A DNA stretch of 64,000 bases from Bryobacteraceae bacterium (lineage in GTDB: Bacteria; Acidobacteriota; Terriglobia; Bryobacterales; Bryobacteraceae). This document shows positions 1 to 8,466 of this stretch, one piece after another; positions within the stretch are counted from its first letter, which is position 1, and every line of letters starts with the position of its first letter. The DNA lies in assembly GCA_041746955.1 (NCBI GenBank), contig JBGTFZ010000112.1, forward strand, positions 6,092-70,091. The letters run 5' to 3'. The notes under the pieces are model-generated. The model had not been told where the DNA came from, did not search any database, and saw nothing but the letters and a program-made list of their open reading frames with translations. The translations under genes were made by a program, and so were the position numbers.

Positions 1-98
1 CGGCGACGCGGATCGGCTTCAAGATGGACACGGTGGGCGGCAAGGCCCGGCGCACCCGTATCGCGAGAAAAACCGGCGAAGTGCTGGAAAAGAAGTAA
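1..98 (+). CDS. rplX: 50S ribosomal protein L24, 3' fragment (start lies upstream of window)
   Basis: Frame 3 reads ...ATRIGFKMDTVGGKARRTRIARKTGEVLEKK with TAA at 96-98. It sits directly upstream of rplE, as in the conserved spc operon order. Confidence 0.7.
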   Translation, partial: ATRIGFKMDTVGGKARRTRIARKTGEVLEKK

Positions 99-104
99 GG
101 AATT

Positions 105-647
105 ATGGCGGCGAGACTCAAAGACCATTACGTGAAAGCCGTGGTTCCGGCGCTGAAGAAAGACTTCGGCTACGAGAACATCATGGCCGTGCCGAAGATC
201 GACAAGGTTTCGATCAACATCGGGCTGGGCGAGGCCACCCAGAACTCCAAACTGATGGACGTTGCCGTGAACGAACTCGGCGCGATCTCCGGACAGAAGC
301 CGGTGGTGACGAAAGCGCGCAAGTCGATCGCGGCGTTCAAGCTGCGGGAGAACATGCCCATCGGCTGCATGGTCACGCTGCGGGGCGACCGGATGTACGA
401 GTTTCTGGACCGGCTGATGAACATCGCGCTTCCGCGGGTTCGCGATTTCCGCGGCGTCAATCCGAAATCGTTCGATGGACGCGGCAACTACACGCTGGGG
501 CTGAAGGACCAGCTGATCTTCCCGGAGATCGACTACAACAAGGTCGACAAGACGAAGGGAATGAATATCTCGATCACAACGACGGCGAAGAGCGATGCCG
601 AAGGCCAGGCGCTGCTGAAGTTGATGGGCATGCCGTTCCGGCAGTAG
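105..647 (+). CDS. rplE: 50S ribosomal protein L5
   Basis: 180 aa. N-terminus [25 protein letters not shown] and C-terminus ..NISITTTAK are typical L5. Operon position fits. Confidence 0.95.
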   Translation: MAARLKDHYVKAVVPALKKDFGYENIMAVPKIDKVSINIGLGEATQNSKLMDVAVNELGAISGQKPVVTKARKSIAAFKLRENMPIGCMVTLRGDRMYEFLDRLMNIALPRVRDFRGVNPKSFDGRGNYTLGLKDQLIFPEIDYNKVDKTKGMNISITTTAKSDAEGQALLKLMGMPFRQ

Positions 648-659
648 AAGGAAAAATAC

Positions 660-884
660 ATGGCGACTACCGCGAAACAAGCCAAAGACCGGCGCTTTAG
701 GGAACTCAGCGACGCCGCCCGCGCGGCGGGCAAGAAGTACAAGTTCGCCACCCGGCTGCGTAACCGCTGCCGGCGCTGCGGACGTCCCAGGGGCTACCTT
801 GGCAAATTCAATCTGTGCCGGATTTGTTTCCGGCAGCTGGCGCTGGCGGGAGAGATTCCCGGAGTGGTGAAGTCCAGCTGGTAA
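660..884 (+). CDS. rpsN: 30S ribosomal protein S14 (zinc-binding type Z, with N-terminal extension)
   Basis: 74 aa. Has [10 protein letters not shown]...CRICFR (CxxC..CxxC) and ends in W, as S14 type Z does. Located between rplE and rpsH. Confidence 0.9.
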   Translation: MATTAKQAKDRRFRELSDAARAAGKKYKFATRLRNRCRRCGRPRGYLGKFNLCRICFRQLALAGEIPGVVKSSW

Positions 885-951
885 GTGCCGAACGCGTTCC
901 GGAGTTTGGATATCGCCGGAGCGGAGAGCGGAAGCGAGAAAGAAAAAGGTA

Positions 952-1350
952 ATGAATATTTCCGATCCCATTGCAGACATGCTGACCCGCGTGCGGAACG
1001 CGATGCTGGCGCGGCACCTGAAAGCCGACGTCCCCGCGTCGAAACTGAAGACGGAGATCGCGCGCATTCTGAAAGAGGAAGGCTACATCCTCAACTACAA
1101 GCTGACCGAGGAAGGCGCCAGGAAGTTTATCCGCGTGTACCTGAAATACGCCGGCGCCAATCAGCCGGTGATTTCGCGGCTGGAGCGGGTGTCGCGGCCG
1201 GGCTGCCGCGTGTACGTCGGCAAGGGTGACATTCCACGGGTGCTGGGCGGCCTGGGAATCAATATTCTGACGACGCCCGGGGGCGTTATGACTGGGGCGC
1301 AGGCGCGCAAGGCCGGAGTCGGCGGCGAAGTGCTGTGCCAGGTCTGGTAA
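952..1350 (+). CDS. rpsH: 30S ribosomal protein S8
   Basis: 132 aa with the hallmark [18 protein letters not shown]-terminus. Operon position fits. Confidence 0.95.
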   Translation: MNISDPIADMLTRVRNAMLARHLKADVPASKLKTEIARILKEEGYILNYKLTEEGARKFIRVYLKYAGANQPVISRLERVSRPGCRVYVGKGDIPRVLGGLGINILTTPGGVMTGAQARKAGVGGEVLCQVW

Positions 1351-1360
1351 GGGAACGCTA

Positions 1361-1903
1361 ATGTCGAGAATTGGAAAGAAAATCATTAGCGTGCCGGCCG
1401 GCGTCAAGATCACGATGGGCAACGAGATGCTGGTGGAGGGGCCCAAGGGAAAGCTGACGGTTCCCGTACCCGCCGGAATTCAGGTGGAGCAGACCGGGCA
1501 GACCTTGGAATTGAAACGCGAAAGCGACACGATGCGGGCGATGCACGGCCTCACCCGCGCCCTGACGCAGAATGCCGTCACGGGCGTTTCCTCGGGCTGG
1601 ACGCGAGAGCTGGATATCGTCGGCGTCGGCTTCCGCGCGGACATCAAGGGCAGCCTTGCGACCTTCACGTTGGGCTACTCGCATCCGATCGAATTCGTGC
1701 TGCCGAAAGGCGTGGAGATGGCGATCGACAAGGCGATGCACATCGTGCTGAAAAGCCACGACCGCCAGTTGGTGGGACAGGTGGCAGCGAATATGCGCGC
1801 CCTTCGTCCGCCAGACCCTTACAAGAACAAGGGCGTGCGGTTCACGGGTGAGTCCTTGCGCAAGAAGGCCGGAAAGACCGGAGCGGGAGGTAAAGGGAAG
1901 TAA
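1361..1903 (+). CDS. rplF: 50S ribosomal protein L6
   Basis: 180 aa. [17 protein letters not shown]... is typical L6. Operon position fits. Confidence 0.95.
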   Translation: MSRIGKKIISVPAGVKITMGNEMLVEGPKGKLTVPVPAGIQVEQTGQTLELKRESDTMRAMHGLTRALTQNAVTGVSSGWTRELDIVGVGFRADIKGSLATFTLGYSHPIEFVLPKGVEMAIDKAMHIVLKSHDRQLVGQVAANMRALRPPDPYKNKGVRFTGESLRKKAGKTGAGGKGK

Positions 1904-2265
1904 TGATTGCCAAGGTAAACAAAGGCGCACGGCGCCAGCGAATTCACGTCCGCATCCGCCGGCGGGTTACCGGGTCGGGCGCGCGGCCGCGGCTTGCCGT
2001 GTTCCGCAGCGTCAAGCATATTTACGCTCAGGTGATCGACGATGCGTCCGGAACGACGCTGGTGTCGGCCTCGTCGGCGGAGAAGGGCTCCGCCGTAAAG
2101 AATGGCGGCAACGTCGGCGGAGCGCAGGAACTGGGCAAGCTGATCGCCGAACGCGCTAAGGAAAAGGGCGTGGACAAAGTGGTCTTTGACCGCGGCGGTT
2201 ATCTCTATCACGGTCGAATCAAGGCGCTTGCCGAGGCGGCGCGCGAAGCAGGATTGGAGTTCTAA
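1903..2265 (+). CDS. rplR: 50S ribosomal protein L18
   Basis: 120 aa. Contains [20 protein letters not shown] and [26 protein letters not shown], typical L18. Confidence 0.95.
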   Translation: MIAKVNKGARRQRIHVRIRRRVTGSGARPRLAVFRSVKHIYAQVIDDASGTTLVSASSAEKGSAVKNGGNVGGAQELGKLIAERAKEKGVDKVVFDRGGYLYHGRIKALAEAAREAGLEF

Positions 2266-2267
2266 GC

Positions 2268-2789
2268 ATGAGCAGTGTGCCCGCATCAAAGCGCGTCGAT
2301 CCGTCGTCGCTGAATTTGAAGGAGCAGGTGGTTTCGATCAACCGCGTGACGAAGGTCGTCAAAGGCGGAAAGAATCTCAGCTTCTCGGCCCTTGTCGTTA
2401 TCGGCGACCCGGCGGCGAAAGTGGTCGGGTTCGGTACCGGCAAGGCTAAAGAAGTGCCGGCGGCAATCAAGAAGGGGATCGAATCGGCGAAGAAAAATCT
2501 CCGGAAGATCCACGTGCTGCCCACCACCATCCTGCACCCGGTGCTGGGACGGTTTGGGGCGGGTCTGGTGCTGCTGAAGCCGGCTCCGGAAGGAACCGGA
2601 GTGATCGCAGGCGGCCCGGTGCGCGCCGTGATCACCAGCGTCGGCATCCCGAACGTACTTACGAAATCGATCGGCTCGCACAATCCGCATAACGTCGTCA
2701 AGGCGACCATCGACGCGCTAACGCAACTCCGCGACCGTAGCGAGGTGGCCGACATGCGTGGCGTCGCGCTCGATAAGGTCGGACGCTAG
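2268..2789 (+). CDS. rpsE: 30S ribosomal protein S5
   Basis: 173 aa. [24 protein letters not shown] and the [13 protein letters not shown] motifs match S5. Confidence 0.95.
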   Translation: MSSVPASKRVDPSSLNLKEQVVSINRVTKVVKGGKNLSFSALVVIGDPAAKVVGFGTGKAKEVPAAIKKGIESAKKNLRKIHVLPTTILHPVLGRFGAGLVLLKPAPEGTGVIAGGPVRAVITSVGIPNVLTKSIGSHNPHNVVKATIDALTQLRDRSEVADMRGVALDKVGR

Positions 2790-2791
2790 AG

Positions 2792-2986
2792 ATGGCGGAA
2801 ACCAGGATGTTGAAGATCCAACTATTCGCCAGCACGGCCGGTTGCCCTGAGAAGCAGAAGGCGATCGTGCGGGCGCTGGGCCTGAAGACGCTGAACCGCA
2901 TCGCCGTGCGTCCCGACACCCCGTCGTTCCGCGGCATGGTGGCCAAGATTCCGCATTTGCTGAGAGTGGTGGAGGAAGCCCAATGA
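2792..2986 (+). CDS. rpmD: 50S ribosomal protein L30
   Basis: 64 aa. LKIQLFASTAGCPEKQKAIVRALGL...RGMVAKIPHLLRV is an L30-like pattern. Located between rpsE and rplO. Confidence 0.9.
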   Translation: MAETRMLKIQLFASTAGCPEKQKAIVRALGLKTLNRIAVRPDTPSFRGMVAKIPHLLRVVEEAQ

Positions 2987-3423
2987 ACCTAAGCCAGCTA
3001 AAACCGCCCCCCGGGCAGAAGCACAAGAAACAGCGCGTCGGCCAGGGCATGGGCTCCGGACGCGGCAAGTTTTCCGGACGCGGCGCCAAGGGCCAGAAGT
3101 CGATCTCCGGTTATTCGAAGATGCGCGGGTTCGAGGGCGGACAGATGCCCTTGCACCGCCGCCTTCCGAAGCGCGGCTTCACGAATCCGTTCCGCCAGGA
3201 GTGGTGCGTCGTAAACCTCGCCCGGCTGGAGCAGTTGGAAGGCGAGACCTTCACGCCCGAATCGCTGATGGCGTCCGGCGTCATCAAGAAGATCGGCCGT
3301 GGCCTGAAAATCCTGGCCAACGGCGAGATCAAGCGCAAGATCCACATCACCGCGCATGCCGTGTCGGCGGCGGCGGCGGAGAAAATCAAGGCAGCGGGCG
3401 GCGCCGTCGAGCTTCTCGCTTAA
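2983..3423 (+). CDS. rplO: 50S ribosomal protein L15
   Basis: 146 aa. Gly/Lys-rich N-terminus GQGMGSGRGKFSGRGAKGQKS and LPKRGF match L15. Operon position fits. Confidence 0.95.
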   Translation: MNLSQLKPPPGQKHKKQRVGQGMGSGRGKFSGRGAKGQKSISGYSKMRGFEGGQMPLHRRLPKRGFTNPFRQEWCVVNLARLEQLEGETFTPESLMASGVIKKIGRGLKILANGEIKRKIHITAHAVSAAAAEKIKAAGGAVELLA

Positions 3424-3454
3424 GCACCACCGGGCCGCGTAGGACAATACCCTT

Positions 3455-4870
3455 ATGTCGAAGTTCTTTGAGGCCATCGCGAACGTCTTCCGGATTCCCG
3501 ATCTGCGGAACCGGATCCTGTTCACGCTTGCGATGCTGGCGATTTACCGCCTGGGCGGGCACATTCCCACCCCCGGTATCGACGCCAACCGTCTGGAGCA
3601 GTTCTTTCAACAGAACGCCGGAAGCTTCTTCGGCTTCCTGGATCTGTTTTCCGGCGGAATGTTCCGCCGTTTGACGATCTTCGCCCTGGGCATCATGCCC
3701 TATATCACCAGCTCCATCATCCTGCAGTTGATGACGGTGGTTGTTCCGACACTTGAGAAGCTTTCGAAAGAAGGCGAGTTGGGCCGCCGAAAAATCACGC
3801 AGTGGACGCGCTACCTGACAGTGATCCTGGCGCTGGTGCAATCTTCGGCGATCGCAACCGCGCTGCAATCCGCCACCGACCCATCCGGAGGCGGCGGCTT
3901 CGTCATCAATCCCGGCATTGGCTTCATCCTGATGACCATGCTGTCGCTAACCACCGGTACGGCGTTCATCATGTGGCTGGGTGAGCAGATTACCGAACGC
4001 GGCATCGGCAACGGCATGTCGCTGATCATCTTTACGGGCATCGTGATCGGCCTTCCCACGGCGATGAGCGAGATCTACACCAACGTGTTCGTCACCCGCC
4101 AATGGAACGCGCTTCAGGTGATCATGATCATGGTGATGATGATCGCCGTTGTCGGCTTCATCGTCCTGGTCGAGCGCGGTGAGCGCCGCATTCCCGTCCA
4201 GTACGCAAAGCGCGTCGTTGGGCGGCGCATGTTCGGCGGCCAGTCCACGCACATGCCGTTGAAGGTGAACGCCGGCGGCGTCATCCCCGTCATCTTCGCG
4301 CAGAGCCTGCTGACCATTCCGCAGAGCTTTGTCACCATCGATTGGGTCCGCAAGAACCAGTGGATTTCCGGAATGCTGGACGCCATCTCGCACACCCAGG
4401 TTCTATACTTCGTCCTCTACACCGCGCTGATCGTATTCTTCAGCTTCTTCTACGTGTCGATCATCTTCAATCCAAACGAAGCGGCCGACAACATGCGGAA
4501 ATACGGCGGATTCATTCCGGGCATCCGTCCCGGCAGGAACACAGCCGAATATATGAATAGGATCCTGACGCGGATCACCGTTGTCGGTGGCCTGTATCTG
4601 GCCCTGCTCAGCATGCTTCCGGAGATTCTGATTTCTGGCATCAAGCTGCAGCGCCTGCCGCTGATGGGCAACTGGATCGACTCCAATTTCCCGCGCTTCC
4701 TGCTGGACGGCCTGGGCGTCTCGTTCTACTTCGGCGGCACGTCGCTGCTGATCGTCGTCGGCGTGGCGATGGATACGGTTAATCAGGTGGAGGCGCAACT
4801 GATCATGCGCCACTACGAAGGATTCACACCCCGGTCGGGCCGGATTCGCGGCCGCCGCTCCGGGATGTAA
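3455..4870 (+). CDS. secY: Preprotein translocase subunit SecY
   Basis: 471 aa polytopic membrane protein. Contains IFALGIMPYITSSIILQL and GISLIIF-type motifs. Follows rplO. Confidence 0.95.
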   Translation: MSKFFEAIANVFRIPDLRNRILFTLAMLAIYRLGGHIPTPGIDANRLEQFFQQNAGSFFGFLDLFSGGMFRRLTIFALGIMPYITSSIILQLMTVVVPTLEKLSKEGELGRRKITQWTRYLTVILALVQSSAIATALQSATDPSGGGGFVINPGIGFILMTMLSLTTGTAFIMWLGEQITERGIGNGMSLIIFTGIVIGLPTAMSEIYTNVFVTRQWNALQVIMIMVMMIAVVGFIVLVERGERRIPVQYAKRVVGRRMFGGQSTHMPLKVNAGGVIPVIFAQSLLTIPQSFVTIDWVRKNQWISGMLDAISHTQVLYFVLYTALIVFFSFFYVSIIFNPNEAADNMRKYGGFIPGIRPGRNTAEYMNRILTRITVVGGLYLALLSMLPEILISGIKLQRLPLMGNWIDSNFPRFLLDGLGVSFYFGGTSLLIVVGVAMDTVNQVEAQLIMRHYEGFTPRSGRIRGRRSGM

Positions 4871-4881
4871 GCTCGTTATCT

Positions 4882-5571
4882 ATGCACACGGGCGCAAGCC
4901 CAGCCAAGGCGCTGGTGCTTTTTGGCCCCCCTGGTTCGGGGAAAGGCACTCAGGCGAAGATGCTGACGCACTCCCTGAAGTGTCCGCACATCTCGACGGG
5001 GGACATGCTTCGGGACCGCGTCCGCGCCGGCGATTCTGTCGGCACGAGAGTCCGGGGACTATTGAAGAGCGGGCATCTTGTGCCCGACGAACTGGTAAAC
5101 GAGATGGTGATGGACCGGATCGCACAGCCCGACTGCCAAGGCGGCTTCATCCTCGACGGTTATCCCCGTACGCTGCAGCAAGCCCGGCGGCTGATCGAGG
5201 CCCTCGAAGAACGTCAGGTGAAACCCGTCGTCGTCCACCTGAAAGTGGACGAGGAGAAGCTGGTGCAACGGCTGACGAACCGCAGGCTGTGCCCGCAGTG
5301 CGGAACACTCTACAACGTTCTGCTGAAGCCGCCCATCGTTCCCGGACGCTGCGACATCGAAGGCGCGCGGCTGATCGTGCGGGAGGACGACAAGGAACTC
5401 GTCATCCGCCAGCGGTTCGAAGCGTATGAGAAGCTGACGCGTCCCGTGATTCGCTTCTTTGAGAACAGTGTGCCCTTCTTCGCCGTAGAGGCCTCCGACG
5501 CTCCGCCGCACACCATCTTCCTTGAGATCGGCGCGTTTGTGGCAAACGGAAGCTCGGGAGGCGGTAAGTGA
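4882..5571 (+). CDS. adk: Adenylate kinase (zinc-lid type)
   Basis: 229 aa. P-loop GPPGSGKGTQ, then GFILDGYPRT, and a lid with CPQCG...PGRCD. The start could be slightly downstream. Confidence 0.9.
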   Translation: MHTGASPAKALVLFGPPGSGKGTQAKMLTHSLKCPHISTGDMLRDRVRAGDSVGTRVRGLLKSGHLVPDELVNEMVMDRIAQPDCQGGFILDGYPRTLQQARRLIEALEERQVKPVVVHLKVDEEKLVQRLTNRRLCPQCGTLYNVLLKPPIVPGRCDIEGARLIVREDDKELVIRQRFEAYEKLTRPVIRFFENSVPFFAVEASDAPPHTIFLEIGAFVANGSSGGGK

Positions 5572-6338
5572 TCATCCGTAAGAGCGCGTCGGAGCTCGAA
5601 AAGATGCGGAAGTCGGGACTGCTGGTCTACGAGATTCTGCAGAAGCTCTCCGCGATGGTCGCCGAAGGCGTCTCCACCTGGGATCTGGAAGTGGCGGCGG
5701 AGGCGATGGTAAACGACGCAGGCGCCAAGCCCGCCTTTAAAGGCTACTATTCGCAGGCCGCGGGCACGAAGTATCCCTACGTGCTGTGCACCTCCCTCAA
5801 CGCCGAAATCATACACGGGTTTCCGTCGCCGAAAAAGGTATTCAAGGCTGGAGACATCATCTCCATCGATACGGGCGTGTCGCTGGACGGCTACTACGGA
5901 GATTCCGCCGTTACGGTTCCGGTGCCGCCCATATCGCCGGAGACCGACAAACTGCTGCGCGTCACCCGCGAGTCTCTTGAACTTGCCATCTGCCAGGCGC
6001 GCGCCGGAAACCGGTTGTTCGACATCTGCGGCACGGTGGAGAAGCACGTCAAGGCGAACGGCTTCTCCGTCGTCCGCGAGTTCGTCGGCCACGGAATCGG
6101 CACGTCGCTGCATGAAGAGCCGCAGGTCCCGAATTACATCGACCGCCGGAACGACAATCCCCGCCTGAAAGAAGGCATGACGCTGGCGATCGAGCCGATG
6201 GTGAACACGGGCAAGCCCGATGCCAAGGTTCTGAAGGACCGCTGGACGGCGGTGGCGGTGGATGGCCGGAATTCCGCCCACTTTGAGCATGTGGTCGCCA
6301 TCACCGCCGACGGCCCTTGGGTACTGACGCGCCCTTAG
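5568..6338 (+). CDS. map: Type I methionyl aminopeptidase
   Basis: 256 aa. Contains HGFP, DIISIDTG, VREFVGHGIG, EPMVN and SAHFEHVVAIT motifs. ATGA-type overlap with adk. Confidence 0.95.
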   Translation: MIIRKSASELEKMRKSGLLVYEILQKLSAMVAEGVSTWDLEVAAEAMVNDAGAKPAFKGYYSQAAGTKYPYVLCTSLNAEIIHGFPSPKKVFKAGDIISIDTGVSLDGYYGDSAVTVPVPPISPETDKLLRVTRESLELAICQARAGNRLFDICGTVEKHVKANGFSVVREFVGHGIGTSLHEEPQVPNYIDRRNDNPRLKEGMTLAIEPMVNTGKPDAKVLKDRWTAVAVDGRNSAHFEHVVAITADGPWVLTRP

Positions 6339-6380
6339 CTACACTCTCCTTACGAACTTCGCCAGCTTGTTTCTGCTGGC
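6268..6380. repeat. Direct repeat copy 1 (3' end of map plus downstream sequence)
   Basis: ggaattccgcccactttgagcatg...ttagctacactctccttacgaacttcgccagcttgtttctgctggc recurs at 7592-7687 with a few substitutions and an ~18-bp gap. Confidence 0.85.
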
Positions 6381-6453
6381 TCGACGTTCTGCGACGAACT
6401 TCCAGGCCTTCGAGCAGTAGAGGCTAGCCAACCGCCGCTCAGTCGGGCTTGAT

Positions 6454-6472
6454 ATATATCCGTAACGGATAT
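6454..6472. promoter_or_regulatory. Palindromic candidate operator upstream of the PadR gene
   Basis: TATATCCGT-A-ACGGATATA has perfect 9-bp arms around one central base. It ends 12 nt before the PadR ATG at 6484. Confidence 0.45.
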
Positions 6473-6483
6473 AGTATTGGAGC

Positions 6484-6831
6484 ATGGCGGCGAAAAACAC
6501 GGCGCAAGCTCCACTCACTCCCGCAGTGCTGCACATCCTGCTGGCGCTTTCGACCGGGGAGCGGCACGGGTACGGAATCATGAAACAGGTGCAGGCGGAC
6601 TCGCAGGGCACGGCGAAGATGGGCCCGGGGACGCTGTATGGATCGATGGGGCGGATGATGGAGGCCGGGCTGATCCGGGAAAGCGATAAGCGGGTCGATC
6701 ACGAGATGGACGACGAGCGGCGGATCTATTACGAGCTCACAGGCGCGGGGCGGGCGGCGCTAAAAGCGGAGTTGAAGCGGTATCGCGGCGTGGTGGCGTT
6801 GGCGGGAGGACGTTTGGCGCATGGCCACTAA
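6484..6831 (+). CDS. PadR family transcriptional regulator
   Basis: 115 aa. The winged-helix signature LHILLALSTGERHGYGIMKQV....GPGTLYGSMGRMMEAGLI is typical PadR. Confidence 0.85.
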   Translation: MAAKNTAQAPLTPAVLHILLALSTGERHGYGIMKQVQADSQGTAKMGPGTLYGSMGRMMEAGLIRESDKRVDHEMDDERRIYYELTGAGRAALKAELKRYRGVVALAGGRLAHGH

Positions 6832-7579
6832 CGTCGCGGACCGGCGCTACCGGAGTTGGTATGCGATGCTGCTGCGGCTGTATCCGCGGCCTTTCCGTGA
6901 GCGGTTCGGCGAGGGGATGGCGCAGACATTTCACGACTTGTGCCGGGAACACAGGGACGCCAGGCGGGGACTATTCGGGCTCGCGCTGTGGATCTTCTTC
7001 GAGACGTTGGTGGGAATCGTAAGGGAGAACACAACTCATATGTCGCAACTGGGAAAGACGATGCTGCGTGTGGCGCTGGTGGCGTTGGGTTTGTTGATGG
7101 TGCCCTTGGCCGCTTCGCGCGTGGTGGAGGGATGGAACTGGGGCCCGGGCGCGTTCGTGTTTACCTATGTCCTGTTCTTCGGAACAGGGATGGCGTATGC
7201 GCTGATCGCCAGGAAGATGAACGCGTGGGCGTACAAGGCGGCCGTCGGACTCGCGCTGCTGGCGGGGTTCGTGCTGGGGTGGGCCACCATGGTCCATATG
7301 TCGGAAACGGAAAATCCGGTGAACCTGGTGTACTTCGGCGTACTCGCGGTGGGGGCCGCCGGGGCCGGGTTGGCGCGGCTGGAGGCGCGAGGGATGGCTC
7401 GCGCGTTGTTCGCAATGGCGGCGGCGCTGGCGGTGGCGTGGGTAATTACCCAGGTGCTGTCGCCGGACGCGCCGGCGGGGCCTGTCTGGAATATCGGGGT
7501 CATCCATGGCGGGTTTGTGCTGTTGTTCGCCGCGGCGGGTCTGCTGTTCCGGCACGCGAGTTTGAACGAATCGAAGTGA
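6821..7579 (+). CDS. Membrane protein with permease-prefix-like N-terminus (PadR-associated)
   Basis: 252 aa. The N-terminus RSWYAMLLRLYPRPFRERFGEGM resembles the prefix domain seen next to PadR genes in Acidobacteria. Several hydrophobic helices follow. Overlaps the PadR stop by 11 nt. Confidence 0.6.
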   Translation: MATNVADRRYRSWYAMLLRLYPRPFRERFGEGMAQTFHDLCREHRDARRGLFGLALWIFFETLVGIVRENTTHMSQLGKTMLRVALVALGLLMVPLAASRVVEGWNWGPGAFVFTYVLFFGTGMAYALIARKMNAWAYKAAVGLALLAGFVLGWATMVHMSETENPVNLVYFGVLAVGAAGAGLARLEARGMARALFAMAAALAVAWVITQVLSPDAPAGPVWNIGVIHGGFVLLFAAAGLLFRHASLNESK

Positions 7580-7591
7580 GACGAGGCCGCC

Positions 7592-7687
7592 GGAATTCCG
7601 CCCACTTTGACCATGTCGTAGCTATCACCGCCGACGGTCCCTTAGCTACACTCTCCTTATGAACTTCGCCAGCTTGTTTCTGCTGGC
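7592..7687. repeat. Direct repeat copy 2 (degenerate duplicate of the map 3' end plus the start of the interrupted downstream gene)
   Basis: Aligns to 6268-6380 and encodes a remnant ..NSAHFDHVVAITADGP. It differs by an ~18-bp deletion and about 5 substitutions. Here the triplet ATG (7659) replaces ACG of copy 1. Confidence 0.85.
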
Positions 7688-7734
7688 AGGTCTCCACGTT
7701 GCAGCCCTGGCCCAGCTTGTCCCGCCCTCATTTT
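7659..7734 (+). pseudogene. 5' fragment (signal peptide) of a gene split by the outer IS1595-family element
   Basis: ATG 7659 gives MNFASLFLLAGLHVAALAQLVPPSF. This runs in frame across the insertion into ..SVPTTYSGEGYK at 14950 onward once 7735-14949 is removed. Confidence 0.75.
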
Positions 7735-7768
7735 GGTAATAATATAGTTCGCAACTCACGCGGCCTGG
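7727..7768. repeat. Outer element left end: 8-bp target duplication (7727-7734) plus terminal inverted repeat
   Basis: CTCATTTT is followed by GGTAATAATATAGTTCGCAACTCACGCGGCCTGG. The partner is at 14908-14949. Confidence 0.85.
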
Positions 7769-7792
7769 TGGCGTAGGCCGGAAGATTGGGTC

Positions 7793-7957
7793 TCAGTGCG
7801 CCTTCTTTTGACGCTTAGCCTTCTGCTGCTCTTTCTTCCACTTCTCTTCTGCTGCAAGTAGATCGGCCTTGGATACGGTGAGTACAGACCGCAGAGCGTT
7901 GCTCATGCGCTCCGATTCGGAGTTGCCAGGTACGTGCGGTGCTGATGCTGGTTTCAT
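7793..7957 (-). CDS. Small basic protein (54 aa), last gene of the cargo operon
   Basis: Not in the ORF track (under 60 aa). ATG 7957 is preceded by GGAGGG. It translates to MKPASAPHVPGNSESERMSNALRSVLTVSKADLLAAEEKWKKEQQKAKRQKKAH. It resembles the 71-aa ORF at 10668-10883. Confidence 0.55.
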   Translation of the reverse strand: MKPASAPHVPGNSESERMSNALRSVLTVSKADLLAAEEKWKKEQQKAKRQKKAH

Positions 7958-7971
7958 GTTGTCCCTCCGGT

Positions 7972-8418
7972 TTAGAACTGAAGCTTATCCTGTTGATTGG
8001 ATTCGGACGCGCGCTTAGCAGCGGCTATGACCTCTAGACTCATGGGAATTTCGAGCCGCTTGCCGCCCTCTACAATCTCCTGAATGGTTACGATGCTGAT
8101 CTGATCGTAGCTTCGCCCCATGGTCTCGTGCCGGTACTGCCCTGCTGCCTTGGCCTCTTTTAACATTGGGCCACTTGGCTTCTCAAGCGTTATCAGAACG
8201 GCCAGCGCCGCCTGTTCCCGGCCCATGTCACCGCGCAGTGTGGCGATGTCGCTACGCTTCACACCCCCGGATTTAACTTGGAAGATGATCTTGGCGTTGT
8301 CGTGTTTGCCCGTCATGAAGTAAGCCCGCGCATCAATCCCAGCGTCCGCGCCTCTTTTCTCATTGATGACCGCCCGGTTGCTCGTGTACGTGAGCACAGC
8401 CCACTTCTCAAATTCCTT
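7972..8418 (-). pseudogene. 3' fragment of the methyltransferase-nuclease fusion gene: Mrr-like (PD-(D/E)xK) restriction endonuclease domain
   Basis: FEKWAVLTYTSNRAVINEKRGADAGIDARAYF...IIFQVKSGGVKRSDIATLRGDM...AVLITLEKPS matches the nuclease domain commonly fused C-terminally to beta-class DNA methyltransferases. The frame continues from 11402 once the inner IS is removed. Confidence 0.8.
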
Positions 8419-8440
8419 GGTAAGAATATACTTGACTAAG
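8411..8440. repeat. Inner element left end: 8-bp target duplication (8411-8418) plus 22-bp terminal inverted repeat
   Basis: AATTCCTT is followed by GGTAAGAATATACTTGACTAAG. The exact reverse complement is at 11372-11393, followed by AATTCCTT. Confidence 0.9.
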
Positions 8441-8466
8441 GAACCGATTCCCGGCATACTTGGTTC

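Noticed and set aside
808-1446. 212-aa minus-strand ORF across rpsN/rpsH/rplF
   Set aside because: It is antisense to clearly recognisable ribosomal protein genes and has an Arg/Pro/Gly/Ala-rich low-complexity translation. This is the typical shadow ORF of high-GC DNA.
5310-6290. 326-aa minus-strand ORF antisense to adk and map
   Set aside because: It fully overlaps two well-supported genes, has no recognisable motif, and its composition is dominated by Arg, Gly and Ala.
6940-7662. 240-aa plus-strand ORF in an alternative frame of the PadR-associated membrane protein gene
   Set aside because: The translation is Gly/Arg-rich (GGGRRGRVGAAGG...). The overlapping frame 6821-7579 gives a coherent multi-helix membrane protein coupled to the PadR gene.
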